Below are positions 27,612-36,394 of a stretch of DNA of 64,000 nucleotides, piece after piece. Position numbers and translations under genes: made by a program. The notes beneath the pieces were generated by a model that saw only the letters and a list, made by a program, of their open reading frames with translations, did no database searches and was not told the DNA's origin. How positions within the stretch are numbered: position 1 is the first letter of the stretch; every line of letters starts with the position of its first letter. The stretch covers positions 24,162-88,161 of the forward strand of contig CANGKZ010000008.1 of assembly GCA_947454705.1 (NCBI GenBank). The letters are read 5' to 3'. The stretch is from Verrucomicrobiota bacterium (lineage in GTDB: Bacteria > Verrucomicrobiota > Verrucomicrobiia > Limisphaerales > UBA9464).

Positions 27612-28502
27612 GTGCGCGCTTATCTTCGATTCTTCTTCCTGGTCTTGATCGCTGCGTTTGCCGTCAGCGAGGCGATTGCGCAGGGCGGCGGACGCGGCTT
27701 CGGCGGAGGGGGCGGAGGCCGCGGCGGTCGAACCCGATTTCGTGCGGGCACCGATACCATTGATCGTGGAGCCGTTCCCACCTGGCCCATGGACTCGCGG
27801 TTTGCGTACGATCACTTCACGTTCACCCGAATCAAGTACGCCTCCACCGGATGGGAACGAAGCAGCTATGCTTGGTTTACGGATTTCCCGGGTGCGGATC
27901 TCAATCTCTCGTTCCGACTCCAGCAATTGACCGCGATTCGCGTAAATCCGGATCCCATCGTGCTCGAGCTCTCGGATCCGCGACTGTCCAACTATCCGTG
28001 GTGCATTATGAGCGGCCCGGGGAACATGGTCCTGACTGATGGTGAAGCCGCACGTCTCGGAGCCTATTTGCGCAACGGTGGCTTTCTGATGGTCGATGAT
28101 TTTTGGGGCCAGGCCGAATGGGACGGCGTGATGCGCAACATCAACCGCGCGCTTCCCGGATGCGAAGTGGTGGATCTGCCGCGGAGCCACCCCATTTTTC
28201 ACTGCGTGTGCGATATTCCGGATTCCCTCTCGCTCCAAACCCCCAACATCGGCTGGGCGAGCCGGAACCGGAACAGCGGAATCACGTGGGAAGACGACCA
28301 CGTGGGCGGCAATACGCGGGATCCTCATTTCCGCGCGATCCATGACGACAAGGGGCGCATCATGGTTTTTCTCTGCCACAACACCGACAACGGCGACGGC
28401 TGGGAGGAAGAAAGCACCGATCCCTGGTTCTTCAGCGCCTACTCCGAAAAGAAGAACTACCCGCTCGCGATCAACGTCATTTATTACGTGATGACCCATT
28501 GA
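27612..28502 (+). CDS. DUF4159 domain-containing protein
   Basis: Signal peptide, then a Gly/Arg tract. The segment FTFTRIKY...WFTDFPGADLNLSFRLQQLT...YPWCIMSGPGNMVLTDGEAARLGAYLRNGGFLMVDDFWG matches DUF4159 from memory. Confidence 0.85.
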   Translation: MRAYLRFFFLVLIAAFAVSEAIAQGGGRGFGGGGGGRGGRTRFRAGTDTIDRGAVPTWPMDSRFAYDHFTFTRIKYASTGWERSSYAWFTDFPGADLNLSFRLQQLTAIRVNPDPIVLELSDPRLSNYPWCIMSGPGNMVLTDGEAARLGAYLRNGGFLMVDDFWGQAEWDGVMRNINRALPGCEVVDLPRSHPIFHCVCDIPDSLSLQTPNIGWASRNRNSGITWEDDHVGGNTRDPHFRAIHDDKGRIMVFLCHNTDNGDGWEEESTDPWFFSAYSEKKNYPLAINVIYYVMTH

Positions 28503-28535
28503 TCCGAAGCCCGTGACCCGGGAGGATCTTCCGCG

Positions 28536-29267
28536 GTGATTGGAACAGCACTCAACGTTGCGGGAATCGTCGTCGGTGGCGTGGTCGGACTGACTCTGGC
28601 CCGGGGACTTTCCCCGCGCGTTCAGTTCCGGATTCGCGGCGGACTCGCCGCGCTCGTTGTTTACGCCGGCGCGGGAATGGTTTGGGAAGGCTTGCGAGCT
28701 CCGCTCACCCACACGCTCAAACAATTCGCCATCGCCCTGGTCGCGCTCTCGCTGGGGAGTTTCACCGGGTGGTTGCTCGGATTGCAGAAGAGCATGAACC
28801 GCTCGGGGGAATGGATTCGAAATCGCCTGAAATCCGCGGAAACCGCGGAAGGGGACACGACGTCCCGCAAGGCGTCCGAAGGGTTCGTCACCTGCACTCT
28901 GTTGTTCTGCGTTGGCCCCATGGCCATTCTCGGATCCGTGCAGGACGGTGTGGATGGCCAATGGAAAACTCTCGCGATCAAGGGGGTGCTCGACGGGTTG
29001 GCCACGATGGGATTTGTCACCACGTTTGGGTGGAGCCCGATTCTCGCCGCGATTCCGGTGCTGCTTTATCAGGGAGCACTGACGCTCGCCGCGGGAACCA
29101 TTGCCCCGTGGATTCAGGCTCAGGACCTCAAGGACAGCCTCAACGTGGTGGGAGGAATCATCGTCTGCACCATCGCCCTCGTGGTGCTCGGCATCCGCAA
29201 GGTGCCGCTCGCGAACTACCTTCCCGCGCTGATTTACGGTCCTCTGTTTACGCGGCTGATTTTCTAA
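28536..29267 (+). CDS. DUF554 family membrane protein (YdfK/YqgA-like)
   Basis: GTG start. MIGTALNVAGIVVGGVVGL plus multi-TM content is typical of DUF554 from memory. Confidence 0.8.
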   Translation: MIGTALNVAGIVVGGVVGLTLARGLSPRVQFRIRGGLAALVVYAGAGMVWEGLRAPLTHTLKQFAIALVALSLGSFTGWLLGLQKSMNRSGEWIRNRLKSAETAEGDTTSRKASEGFVTCTLLFCVGPMAILGSVQDGVDGQWKTLAIKGVLDGLATMGFVTTFGWSPILAAIPVLLYQGALTLAAGTIAPWIQAQDLKDSLNVVGGIIVCTIALVVLGIRKVPLANYLPALIYGPLFTRLIF

Positions 29268-29304
29268 AGCCTTTAGCCGAAGCACGGACGCCGAAGAAAA
29301 GTTC

Positions 29305-29446
29305 AACCACAGATGAACACGGATGGACACAGATCCAGAAACGCGCGGCCGCTTGAGCCAGAAATCACCGAGCCAAAGAGGAGACGGATATTCAGGATGT
29401 TTCCGTTTCCCCAACCATCTGTGTGAATCTGTGTCTATCTTTGGTT
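29305..29446. repeat. MITE-like element, family B (CAGATGAACRCGGATG-type terminal inverted repeats)
   Basis: aaccacagatgaacacggatggacacagat ... atctgtgtgaatctgtgtctatctttggtt gives about 30-nt inverted arms (24/30 by eye). It is 142 bp long and lies 38 nt after the stop at 29267. It has the same architecture as 51560..51700. Confidence 0.8.
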
Positions 29447-29485
29447 TAACTTGAGTGTTTCGGTTCCACCCAGTCCACGATTCGC

Positions 29486-30067
29486 ATGGCCAAACCGGAT
29501 CCCGTCGCATTCGCAACCGCCGCCATGTTTCGCGCGTGGTTGGAAAAGAATCACACCACTGAAACCGCACTCTCCGTTCGCATCTTCAAAACCCACGCGG
29601 CGGAGCACGGGGTGACTTACTCGGAGGCATTGGATGAAGCCCTGTGCTTCGGTTGGATCGATGGAGTGAGGCATCGACTCGATGACGAAAGTTTCTCCAT
29701 CCGCTTCACCCCGCGAAAGCGCGGCAGCATCTGGAGTCTGGTCAACGTCCGGCACGTGGAGCGCCTGATTCAATCCAAGCGCATGCACCCGGCGGGAATG
29801 AAGGCCTTCGAGGCCCGCACCCCGGATAAAACCGGCGTCTATTCGTTTGAACGCGCCGCTGCAAAGCTCACGCCGGAGTTCGAGAAACTCCTGAAGGCGA
29901 ATCCCGCGGCGCACCAGTATTTCTCCAACGAAGCCCCGTGGTATCGACGCACCTCGACGCATTGGGTGATGAATGCGAAGCGCGAGGAGACCCGCGCGAA
30001 ACGCATGGGAATCCTGATCGACTGCTCGGCGCAGGGAGTTCGAATCGGTCCGTTGAGGCGGGACTGA
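29486..30067 (+). CDS. YdeI/OmpD-associated family protein
   Basis: FRAWLEKNH...EALDEALCFGWIDGVRHRLDDESFSIRFTPRKRGSIWSLVNVRHVERLI is the typical YdeI/DUF1801-like signature from memory. Confidence 0.8.
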   Translation: MAKPDPVAFATAAMFRAWLEKNHTTETALSVRIFKTHAAEHGVTYSEALDEALCFGWIDGVRHRLDDESFSIRFTPRKRGSIWSLVNVRHVERLIQSKRMHPAGMKAFEARTPDKTGVYSFERAAAKLTPEFEKLLKANPAAHQYFSNEAPWYRRTSTHWVMNAKREETRAKRMGILIDCSAQGVRIGPLRRD

Positions 30068-30186
30068 ACACTTCGGCGCACGCCGGGATTTTTGCCTGGT
30101 GTGTTCGAGGGAGGCGCCGAAACACCTCGAAGCCGGTTGCGGCTTCCCAGTTGGACTCCGACTCCGGAACCCGGCATGCTCGGCGC

Positions 30187-32526
30187 ATGGCTTACCAGGT
30201 TCCACAACGCGCGGGCGACCGTCTGCGCCGGGCCATTCCATTCGGCCTCGGCGACACCAAGCCGACCCATTTTCGGGACATGCTGCGCGTGGTCTGGAAG
30301 AACCGCGACAACCTCCCGTACGCCTGGAAGGTGCTGTCCCGCGGGGTGTGTGATGGATGCGCCCTCGGCGTGGCCGGGCTTCACGATTGGACCATTCCTG
30401 GAATCCACTTGTGCATGACGCGGCTGAATCTGCTGCGCTTGAACACCATGCCGGCGTTCGATCCGAAGATTCTTTCGAACGTCGAGGCCCTCGCGCGGCA
30501 GGTGGCCATTCCGCCGAATCCGAAGTCACGCACCAGCAGCCCGCCGTCGGCCTCTCCTGCGTTGCGGATGGACAACACACGGCTGCGCGAGCTGGGACGC
30601 CTCGCGTATCCGATGTTGCGGCGGCGCGGAGATCCGGGCTTCACGCGCATCTCGTGGGATGAAGCCAACGCGTTGTTGGGGGAACGAATTCGCGCCACCG
30701 ATCCGGCGCGGCTCGCCTTTTTCGTGACGGCCCGCGGCGTGACCAACGAGGTCTATTACGTGGCCCAGAAAACCGCGCGATTCCTCGGCACCAACCACGT
30801 GGACAACGCCGCCCGGCTGTGTCACGCGCCCAGCACCGGCGCGATGAAGCACGCCATCGGGTACGCGGCCTCCACCTGCAGTTATCGGGATTGGTACGGC
30901 ACCGATCTCATCGTCTTCTGGGGCGCCAATCCGGCCAACGATCAACCGGTCACCACCAAATACCTCCACGAGGCCAAGGAGCTCGGAACCAAGGTCGCCC
31001 TGGTGAACCCGTACTTGGAACCCGGAATGCGCCGTTACTGGGTTCCCAGTTCCACTTCCAGCGCGCTGTTCGGAACCGACATCGCCGATTGGTGGTATCC
31101 GGTGAGTCAGGGCGGCGACATCGCGTTCATCTACGGCGTGCTCAAGGTCCTGGTCGAGGAAGGTGGAGTGAATCGGGAGTTTATCGAGCAGCACACCAGC
31201 GGATGGGAGGAGCTCCGCACGCACGTGGGCACGTTGGAGTTCGCCGCGCTCGAGACGCAGAGCGGACTTCCGCGCGCCGCCATGCAGGAATTCGCGCAAA
31301 TGCTGCGCGGGGCGAAGAACGCCGTGTTCGTCTGGAGCATGGGCATCACGCAACACGCGTATGGCGGCGATGCCGTGAGCGCGGTGCTCAATCTGGGACT
31401 GGCCATGGGCTATGTCGGACGCGAGAAGACCGGCCTCATGCCCATCCGCGGCCACAGCTCCGTGCAGGGCGGGGCGGAGATGGGATGCTACTCGACCGCG
31501 CTGCCCGGCGGAAAACCGCTGACCCCGGAAAACTGCGCGGCGCTTTCCCGCGAGTATGGATTCGAAGTCCCGCAATCGGCGGGCATGACCTCCGTGGACA
31601 TGGTCGAAGCCGGACTGAAGGGCGGGCTCGATGTCCTGTGGTGCCTGGGTGGAAATTTCCTGCGCACGCTGCCCGAGCCGGATCACGTGGCGCGCGCGCT
31701 CGAAGCGATTCCGTTCCGCGTTCATCAGGACATCATTCTCAACGACCAGATGTTCCTCGAACCCGGCGAAACCGTTTTGTTGCTGCCCGCCCAAACCCGA
31801 TACGAACAAAGCAGCGGCGGCATCGAAACCACGACCGAGCGTCGAATCGCCTTCACCCCGGAGATCCCGCGCGTGGTGGGCGAAGCCCGCGCGGAATGGC
31901 GGATCCTGCGCGATGCCGCGGCCGCCGCGCATCCGGAACGCGCGCATTTGCTCGGCTGCACCACTGGCGAGGAAATCCGAAACGAGATCGCCCGGGTGGT
32001 TCCGTTCTATGCCGGATGCGAAACGCTCAAGACCACGGGCGATGCCATTCAGTACGGCGGACCGCGTCTGTGCGACGGCGGCCGGTTTGCAACGCCCGAT
32101 GGACGCGCGCACTTCAAGGTGATTGGCATCCCTGGAATCGCAGCTCCGGCCGATCCGGTGAATCCGGAAGAAACCGCACCGCCGCGTCCGCAATTCATGC
32201 TCTCCACCCGGCGGGGCAAACAGTTCAACACGCTCATCTACGCCGAGGTGGATCCACTCACCGGTGCGGGACGCGATGCCATCTTCATCGCCCCCGAGGA
32301 CGCCCTCGCGCTCGGACTCAAGGCGGGGGATCGTGCCGTTGCGGCGAATCAGCTCGGGCGCTACGAGGGCACCATCTTCCCGGCACCGATTGCGCGGGGA
32401 AATCTCCAGGTGCACTGGCCCGAGGGGAATGTGCTCCTCCGTCATGGCATCACCGACCCCGTGGCCGGCGTGCCGGAATACAACGCCATGGTCACGATTG
32501 AGCCTGTACCGAAGTTGAAACGCTGA
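30187..32526 (+). CDS. FdhF/YdeP family molybdopterin oxidoreductase
   Basis: ATG at 30187 (MAYQVPQRAG...). VLSRGVCDGCALGVAGLHDW is the N-terminal Cys cluster. The protein is 779 aa and is followed by fdhD. Confidence 0.9.
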   Translation: MAYQVPQRAGDRLRRAIPFGLGDTKPTHFRDMLRVVWKNRDNLPYAWKVLSRGVCDGCALGVAGLHDWTIPGIHLCMTRLNLLRLNTMPAFDPKILSNVEALARQVAIPPNPKSRTSSPPSASPALRMDNTRLRELGRLAYPMLRRRGDPGFTRISWDEANALLGERIRATDPARLAFFVTARGVTNEVYYVAQKTARFLGTNHVDNAARLCHAPSTGAMKHAIGYAASTCSYRDWYGTDLIVFWGANPANDQPVTTKYLHEAKELGTKVALVNPYLEPGMRRYWVPSSTSSALFGTDIADWWYPVSQGGDIAFIYGVLKVLVEEGGVNREFIEQHTSGWEELRTHVGTLEFAALETQSGLPRAAMQEFAQMLRGAKNAVFVWSMGITQHAYGGDAVSAVLNLGLAMGYVGREKTGLMPIRGHSSVQGGAEMGCYSTALPGGKPLTPENCAALSREYGFEVPQSAGMTSVDMVEAGLKGGLDVLWCLGGNFLRTLPEPDHVARALEAIPFRVHQDIILNDQMFLEPGETVLLLPAQTRYEQSSGGIETTTERRIAFTPEIPRVVGEARAEWRILRDAAAAAHPERAHLLGCTTGEEIRNEIARVVPFYAGCETLKTTGDAIQYGGPRLCDGGRFATPDGRAHFKVIGIPGIAAPADPVNPEETAPPRPQFMLSTRRGKQFNTLIYAEVDPLTGAGRDAIFIAPEDALALGLKAGDRAVAANQLGRYEGTIFPAPIARGNLQVHWPEGNVLLRHGITDPVAGVPEYNAMVTIEPVPKLKR

Positions 32527-32576
32527 GCGGGTTTTCCTCTCCGGGTTTCAATTCCTCCTTCGACACGGACACCGAC

Positions 32577-33380
32577 ATGGCCCAGGTCATTCGATGGGAA
32601 TCGCCGCACTCGCAGAAGCGGGTGAGCGATCCGCTGGCGGTGGAAGAACCGCTCGAATTGCGCGTCGATACCCAGGCGGTGACCGTGACCATGCGCACGC
32701 CCGGCCATGACGAGGAACTGGCGATGGGGTTCCTTCTCGCCGAGGGATGGATTCGATCCTCCTCCGACGTGCTTGGAGTTCGGCATTCCCCGCGGAATCG
32801 CGACGGGAACGTGCTGGAGGTGGTTCTCGCGGATTCTGTTCCGGCGCACCCGACCGGAAAGCTTCGACAGGGGATCACCAGTTCGAGCTGCGGGCTTTGC
32901 GGGACGACCAGCATTGGTGCACTGCGTCGCCGGTTCCCGCCGATTCGCAGCGCGTTGAAGATCGATGCCGACACCCTCCTCGCGCTCCCGCGGGCGATGC
33001 GCGCGGGACAGGCCCATTTCGAAGCTACGGGCGGACTTCACGCGGCGGCGCTGTTTGACCGGGCAGGGAACCTTCTGGTGCTGCGCGAAGACATTGGCCG
33101 GCACAACGCCGTGGACAAGGTGGTGGGCTGGGCCTTGAAGGAAGGCCGCCTTCCGCTCTCGGAAAACGTCCTTTTGGTGAGCGGGCGAACGTCGTTTGAA
33201 ATCCTCCAGAAAGCGCTCGCGGCGGGGCTTCCCTTGGTTGCCTCAGTCTCGGCACCGTCGTCCCTCGCAGTCGAATTCGCCCGGAAGAATCGGCAGACCC
33301 TGGTGGGATTCCTCCGCGACGGCCGGTTCAACGTGTATTCCGTTCCGTCCCGGATTCGATTCCCACGGCGCGCCGCCTGA
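32577..33380 (+). CDS. fdhD: Formate dehydrogenase accessory sulfurtransferase FdhD
   Basis: Motifs GHDEELAMGFLLAEGWI, SSCGLCGTTSI and REDIGRHNAVDKVVG. Confidence 0.92.
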   Translation: MAQVIRWESPHSQKRVSDPLAVEEPLELRVDTQAVTVTMRTPGHDEELAMGFLLAEGWIRSSSDVLGVRHSPRNRDGNVLEVVLADSVPAHPTGKLRQGITSSSCGLCGTTSIGALRRRFPPIRSALKIDADTLLALPRAMRAGQAHFEATGGLHAAALFDRAGNLLVLREDIGRHNAVDKVVGWALKEGRLPLSENVLLVSGRTSFEILQKALAAGLPLVASVSAPSSLAVEFARKNRQTLVGFLRDGRFNVYSVPSRIRFPRRAA

Positions 33381-33448
33381 TCGGATTTGGCGACAAAACC
33401 TGTGGTCCCGCGGACAGAGTTTCTGGTTCACTGGGTGGCGTTCCACTC

Positions 33449-34714
33449 ATGAGTTCCGCTCCTGCACCCAGCGCGCGCCTGCGCGACTTGTCGCCGACCC
33501 AATGGAAGTCGGGCCTGGCCGCATGGCTGGGATGGCTGTTCGACGGCCTCGACATGCACCTCTACACGCTGGTGGCCACACCGATGGTGGCCGCACTGCT
33601 GAGTGTGAAGGCGAGCGATCCGATCGTGGGCAAAAAGGGCGCGCTGATTCAGGCCGCGTTCCTCGTGGGATGGGCCCTCGGTGGTGCATTCTTCGGGCGA
33701 CTCGGCGATGTGCTCGGGCGCTCCCGGGCCTTGTCGCTTACCATTCTCACCTACGCCGGCTGCACCGGTCTGAGCTACTTCGCCGAGGAATGGTGGCACC
33801 TGCTGATCTTCCGCTTCCTCGCCGCTCTGGGAATCGGCGGTGAATGGGCGGTCGGCGCTTCGCTGCTTTCGGAAACGTGGCCGAAGTCGTGGCGACCCTG
33901 GATCGCGGCAACGCTACAGACCGCCGTGAATCTGGGCGTGGTCATGGCGTGTTTCTTCGGATGGGTCCTGGAGAGTCAGCCTCCCCGCATGATCTTCCTC
34001 GTCGGCATCCTGCCTGCCTTGCTGGTGCTCTGGATCCGCCACGCTGTGCCCGAACCGGAGGAATGGCATGCCGCGCGGAAATCCCCCAGCGGACCCGCTC
34101 CCGGAGTGATGGATCTATTCCGCGGCGAGGTCGCAGGCGTGACCTGGCGCGTGCTGCTCATTTGCGCGGTTTCGCTCACCGCGCATTGGACCTTCATGTT
34201 CTGGCAGCAGTCGCACGTGCGAAACCTTCCCGAAGTGGTGGGACTCTCCGCGGCCGAAAAGAACCGCTACGCCACCACCGCACTTTTTTTGGTCATGGTG
34301 GGATCGGTGGTGGGGAATTTCGTCGCCGGCGGACTCGCAAAACTCTTTGGCTACCGACACGCCATCGCCGGCATGCTCGCGGCCTACGCCGTGGCCATGG
34401 CTGCGACCTATTGGACCCAGCCCACTTGGTCGGTGCTTCGATACGGACTGGTGATCATCGGCCTCTGCCAGGGCGTGTTCGGCCTGTTCACGATGTGTTT
34501 GCCGCCGATGTTCCCGGTTCTGTTGCGCACCACCGGGGCCGGGTTCTGCTACAATTTCGGCCGCATCATCTCGGCTGCTGGAGTCGTGTTCTTCGGCATG
34601 ATGAACACCGTGGGCGACGTCCGGGCGGCCTTGTTCTACGCGGGTCTTCTGTTCTGGCCCGCAGCGTTGATCGCGATGCTGCTGCCGGAGGAGAAGGCGG
34701 AGACAGCCGCTTGA
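33449..34714 (+). CDS. MFS transporter
   Basis: 421 aa and polytopic, with MFS loop motif GRLGDVLGRSRAL. Confidence 0.85.
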   Translation: MSSAPAPSARLRDLSPTQWKSGLAAWLGWLFDGLDMHLYTLVATPMVAALLSVKASDPIVGKKGALIQAAFLVGWALGGAFFGRLGDVLGRSRALSLTILTYAGCTGLSYFAEEWWHLLIFRFLAALGIGGEWAVGASLLSETWPKSWRPWIAATLQTAVNLGVVMACFFGWVLESQPPRMIFLVGILPALLVLWIRHAVPEPEEWHAARKSPSGPAPGVMDLFRGEVAGVTWRVLLICAVSLTAHWTFMFWQQSHVRNLPEVVGLSAAEKNRYATTALFLVMVGSVVGNFVAGGLAKLFGYRHAIAGMLAAYAVAMAATYWTQPTWSVLRYGLVIIGLCQGVFGLFTMCLPPMFPVLLRTTGAGFCYNFGRIISAAGVVFFGMMNTVGDVRAALFYAGLLFWPAALIAMLLPEEKAETAA

Positions 34715-34721
34715 GGCGGCG

Positions 34722-34967
34722 GTTGAAGGGTTGAAAAGTTGAAGCGTTGAAGGGGAAAGCGGCGTTTTTCGCGAGCGCGTTTTCTTTCGTTTGGAGTCCC
34801 GCCTTCAGTCGGTTCGGGGAGGTGGGTGGAATGGCACTCGAGTCGATGCGTTTTCCCCCCGTTGAACTGCTCCGCCCAACAGCAGAGCCGCGTAAACGCG
34901 GTACTCCAAACGAGTGAAAAGAACCCCTTCGGTCTCTTCAACGCTTCAACATTTTTAACCCTTCAAC
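34722..34967. repeat. MITE-like element, family A (second full copy)
   Basis: The arms are gttgaagggttgaaaagttgaagcgttgaagggg and ctcttcaacgcttcaacatttttaacccttcaac. The core cgtttggagtcccgccttcagtcgg...gccgcgtaaacgcggtactccaaacg is homologous to 2383..2626. It starts 8 nt after the stop at 34714. Confidence 0.8.
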
Positions 34968-34977
34968 CTCGTCCAAC

Positions 34978-35610
34978 TCACCGCCCCTGAACCGCGTTGG
35001 TACTCGCCGCCGCACGGAGCAGGGGAAGAATCACCCGGTCGAGTTCGGCCCGATTCAAGGCTCCCAGATAGTGCGCGATGTAGCGTCCGTCTCTCGCGAC
35101 GACGTACGTGGTCGGCAACGGCAGTCCGCCGGGCATCATCGGATTCGAAGGAAGGGCTCCGAAGAGACCTTGAACTGAATCGTCCGCGAGCAGCACCGGA
35201 TAGGCGATCTTTCGGCGTCGAACAAACTCGGCCACTGTCTTGCCCTCGGTGCTCTCCACCGAGGCTCCAACGATCACGAATCCTTCGGCGGCGTGGTCTT
35301 GGTAGAACTGATTCAGGTCCGGAATTTCCCGAACGCACGGCGGACACCAAGTCGCCCAAAAATTGAGCAACAGCACCTTGCCTTCATATTGTTTGGAAGA
35401 GACCGGCCGTCCTTCTAGGTCCGGCATCGTCCACTGGGGCATTTTTCCACCGCCGACCGGGACGCGCTGAAACGCGGCTTCTCCCGTTTTTGGTACAGCC
35501 ATCCAGGCCACGAATCCCACGCACAGAATGGGAATGGCCCAGCGCATGACCCAGCCGGCGAAGCTCGGTGGAGGCGGAGTTCCGGATCGTGGAGGCGTGG
35601 TCGGATTCAT
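34978..35610 (-). CDS. TlpA-family thiol:disulfide oxidoreductase (redoxin)
   Basis: LLNFWATWCPPCVREIPDL active site with an N-terminal membrane anchor. Its ATG overlaps the upstream stop (ATGA). Confidence 0.85.
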   Translation of the reverse strand: MNPTTPPRSGTPPPPSFAGWVMRWAIPILCVGFVAWMAVPKTGEAAFQRVPVGGGKMPQWTMPDLEGRPVSSKQYEGKVLLLNFWATWCPPCVREIPDLNQFYQDHAAEGFVIVGASVESTEGKTVAEFVRRRKIAYPVLLADDSVQGLFGALPSNPMMPGGLPLPTTYVVARDGRYIAHYLGALNRAELDRVILPLLRAAASTNAVQGR

Positions 35611-36317
35611 CGAATCGGGACGGTGGATTCTGGAAGGATTCGGTCAAGAACCGGCGAGATGAGTTCCCGCCAAAGGGCGTATCCCTTGGCGTTCATGTGG
35701 AGAAAATCCTCGCGGAACAGTTCGCGTCGGGGATTTCCATCGGCATCCACCAGCGGACGAAAGGTGTCGATGAAATGGATGTCCGGCGTCGTGGACGCCA
35801 GCTGCTGCAAACGATGGTCGAGATCGCGCTGACTTCCGAGGAGCGGCGTGCGCGAGGGACTGGGCTTCGCGGCCAGCAGCAGCACGGGGGTTCCGGGCAG
35901 ATCGGTGCGAACGCGTTTCAAGAACTGCAGGTAGTCGGCGTACACGGCATCGACGCTCTTTCCCGCGGCAAGATCGTTGTCGCCTTCATACACCACGATC
36001 AGCGAGGGCCGATACGGCTTCACGATCCGATCGAAATAGAAATTCAGGTCGCTCATGTGGGACCCGCCGAATCCTCGGTTAAGGACGCGGTGTTTCGGAA
36101 AATCGTTCGAGAGGGTGTTCCACAGTCGGACGCTGGAACTTCCCGTGAACAGCACCGGTCGCTGCGGGGGCGGGGTGCGCTGATCCACGACCTCAAACTT
36201 CCGGATTTCGGGCTCGAATCGCTTGGGATCCACCTCGGCGGGAGAATTCGTGGCGCTGAAAATGGGAACCATGAAGAGCAGGAACGCGGCGGACAGAACT
36301 GAAACCCATCGGAACAT
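35607..36317 (-). CDS. SGNH/GDSL family hydrolase
   Basis: Blocks FTGSSSV, GFGGS, YEGDNDL and DFLHMN. Start taken at ATG 36317 (MFRWVSVLSAAFLLFMVPIFSA, a signal sequence). Confidence 0.8.
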   Translation of the reverse strand: MFRWVSVLSAAFLLFMVPIFSATNSPAEVDPKRFEPEIRKFEVVDQRTPPPQRPVLFTGSSSVRLWNTLSNDFPKHRVLNRGFGGSHMSDLNFYFDRIVKPYRPSLIVVYEGDNDLAAGKSVDAVYADYLQFLKRVRTDLPGTPVLLLAAKPSPSRTPLLGSQRDLDHRLQQLASTTPDIHFIDTFRPLVDADGNPRRELFREDFLHMNAKGYALWRELISPVLDRILPESTVPIR

Positions 36318-36394
36318 TGACCTCACTCTGGCAAATCGCGGCCCAGACCGCAAAACCGTTTAGCTTTTGAGGGCGGCCGACTAGGTTTCCTCGA

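Noticed and set aside
27126-29570. 814-aa ORF on the minus strand
   Set aside because: It is antisense to the PEP-CTERM, DUF4159 and DUF554 genes and crosses two intergenic spacers and a repeat. The sequence is Arg/Gly-rich with no recognisable domain.
29938-30186. 83-residue N-terminal extension of the YdeP-like ORF
   Set aside because: It overlaps the 3' end of the YdeI-family gene. The family-typical N-terminus begins at MAYQVPQ (30187).
30068-30186. Possible Moco riboswitch in the 119-nt leader of the molybdoenzyme gene
   Set aside because: The context is suggestive, and a hairpin (ttcgagg...cctcgaa) and a CUCCGA segment are present. However, I cannot reproduce the Moco motif consensus from memory well enough to call it. 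cmsearch with Rfam RF01055 is needed. A significant hit would reverse this rejection.
30526-32445. 639-aa minus-strand ORF and 560-aa alternative plus-frame ORF (30819..32501) across the FdhF/YdeP gene
   Set aside because: The YdeP frame carries the Cys cluster and conserved molybdopterin-oxidoreductase segments. The others are Arg-rich shadow frames.
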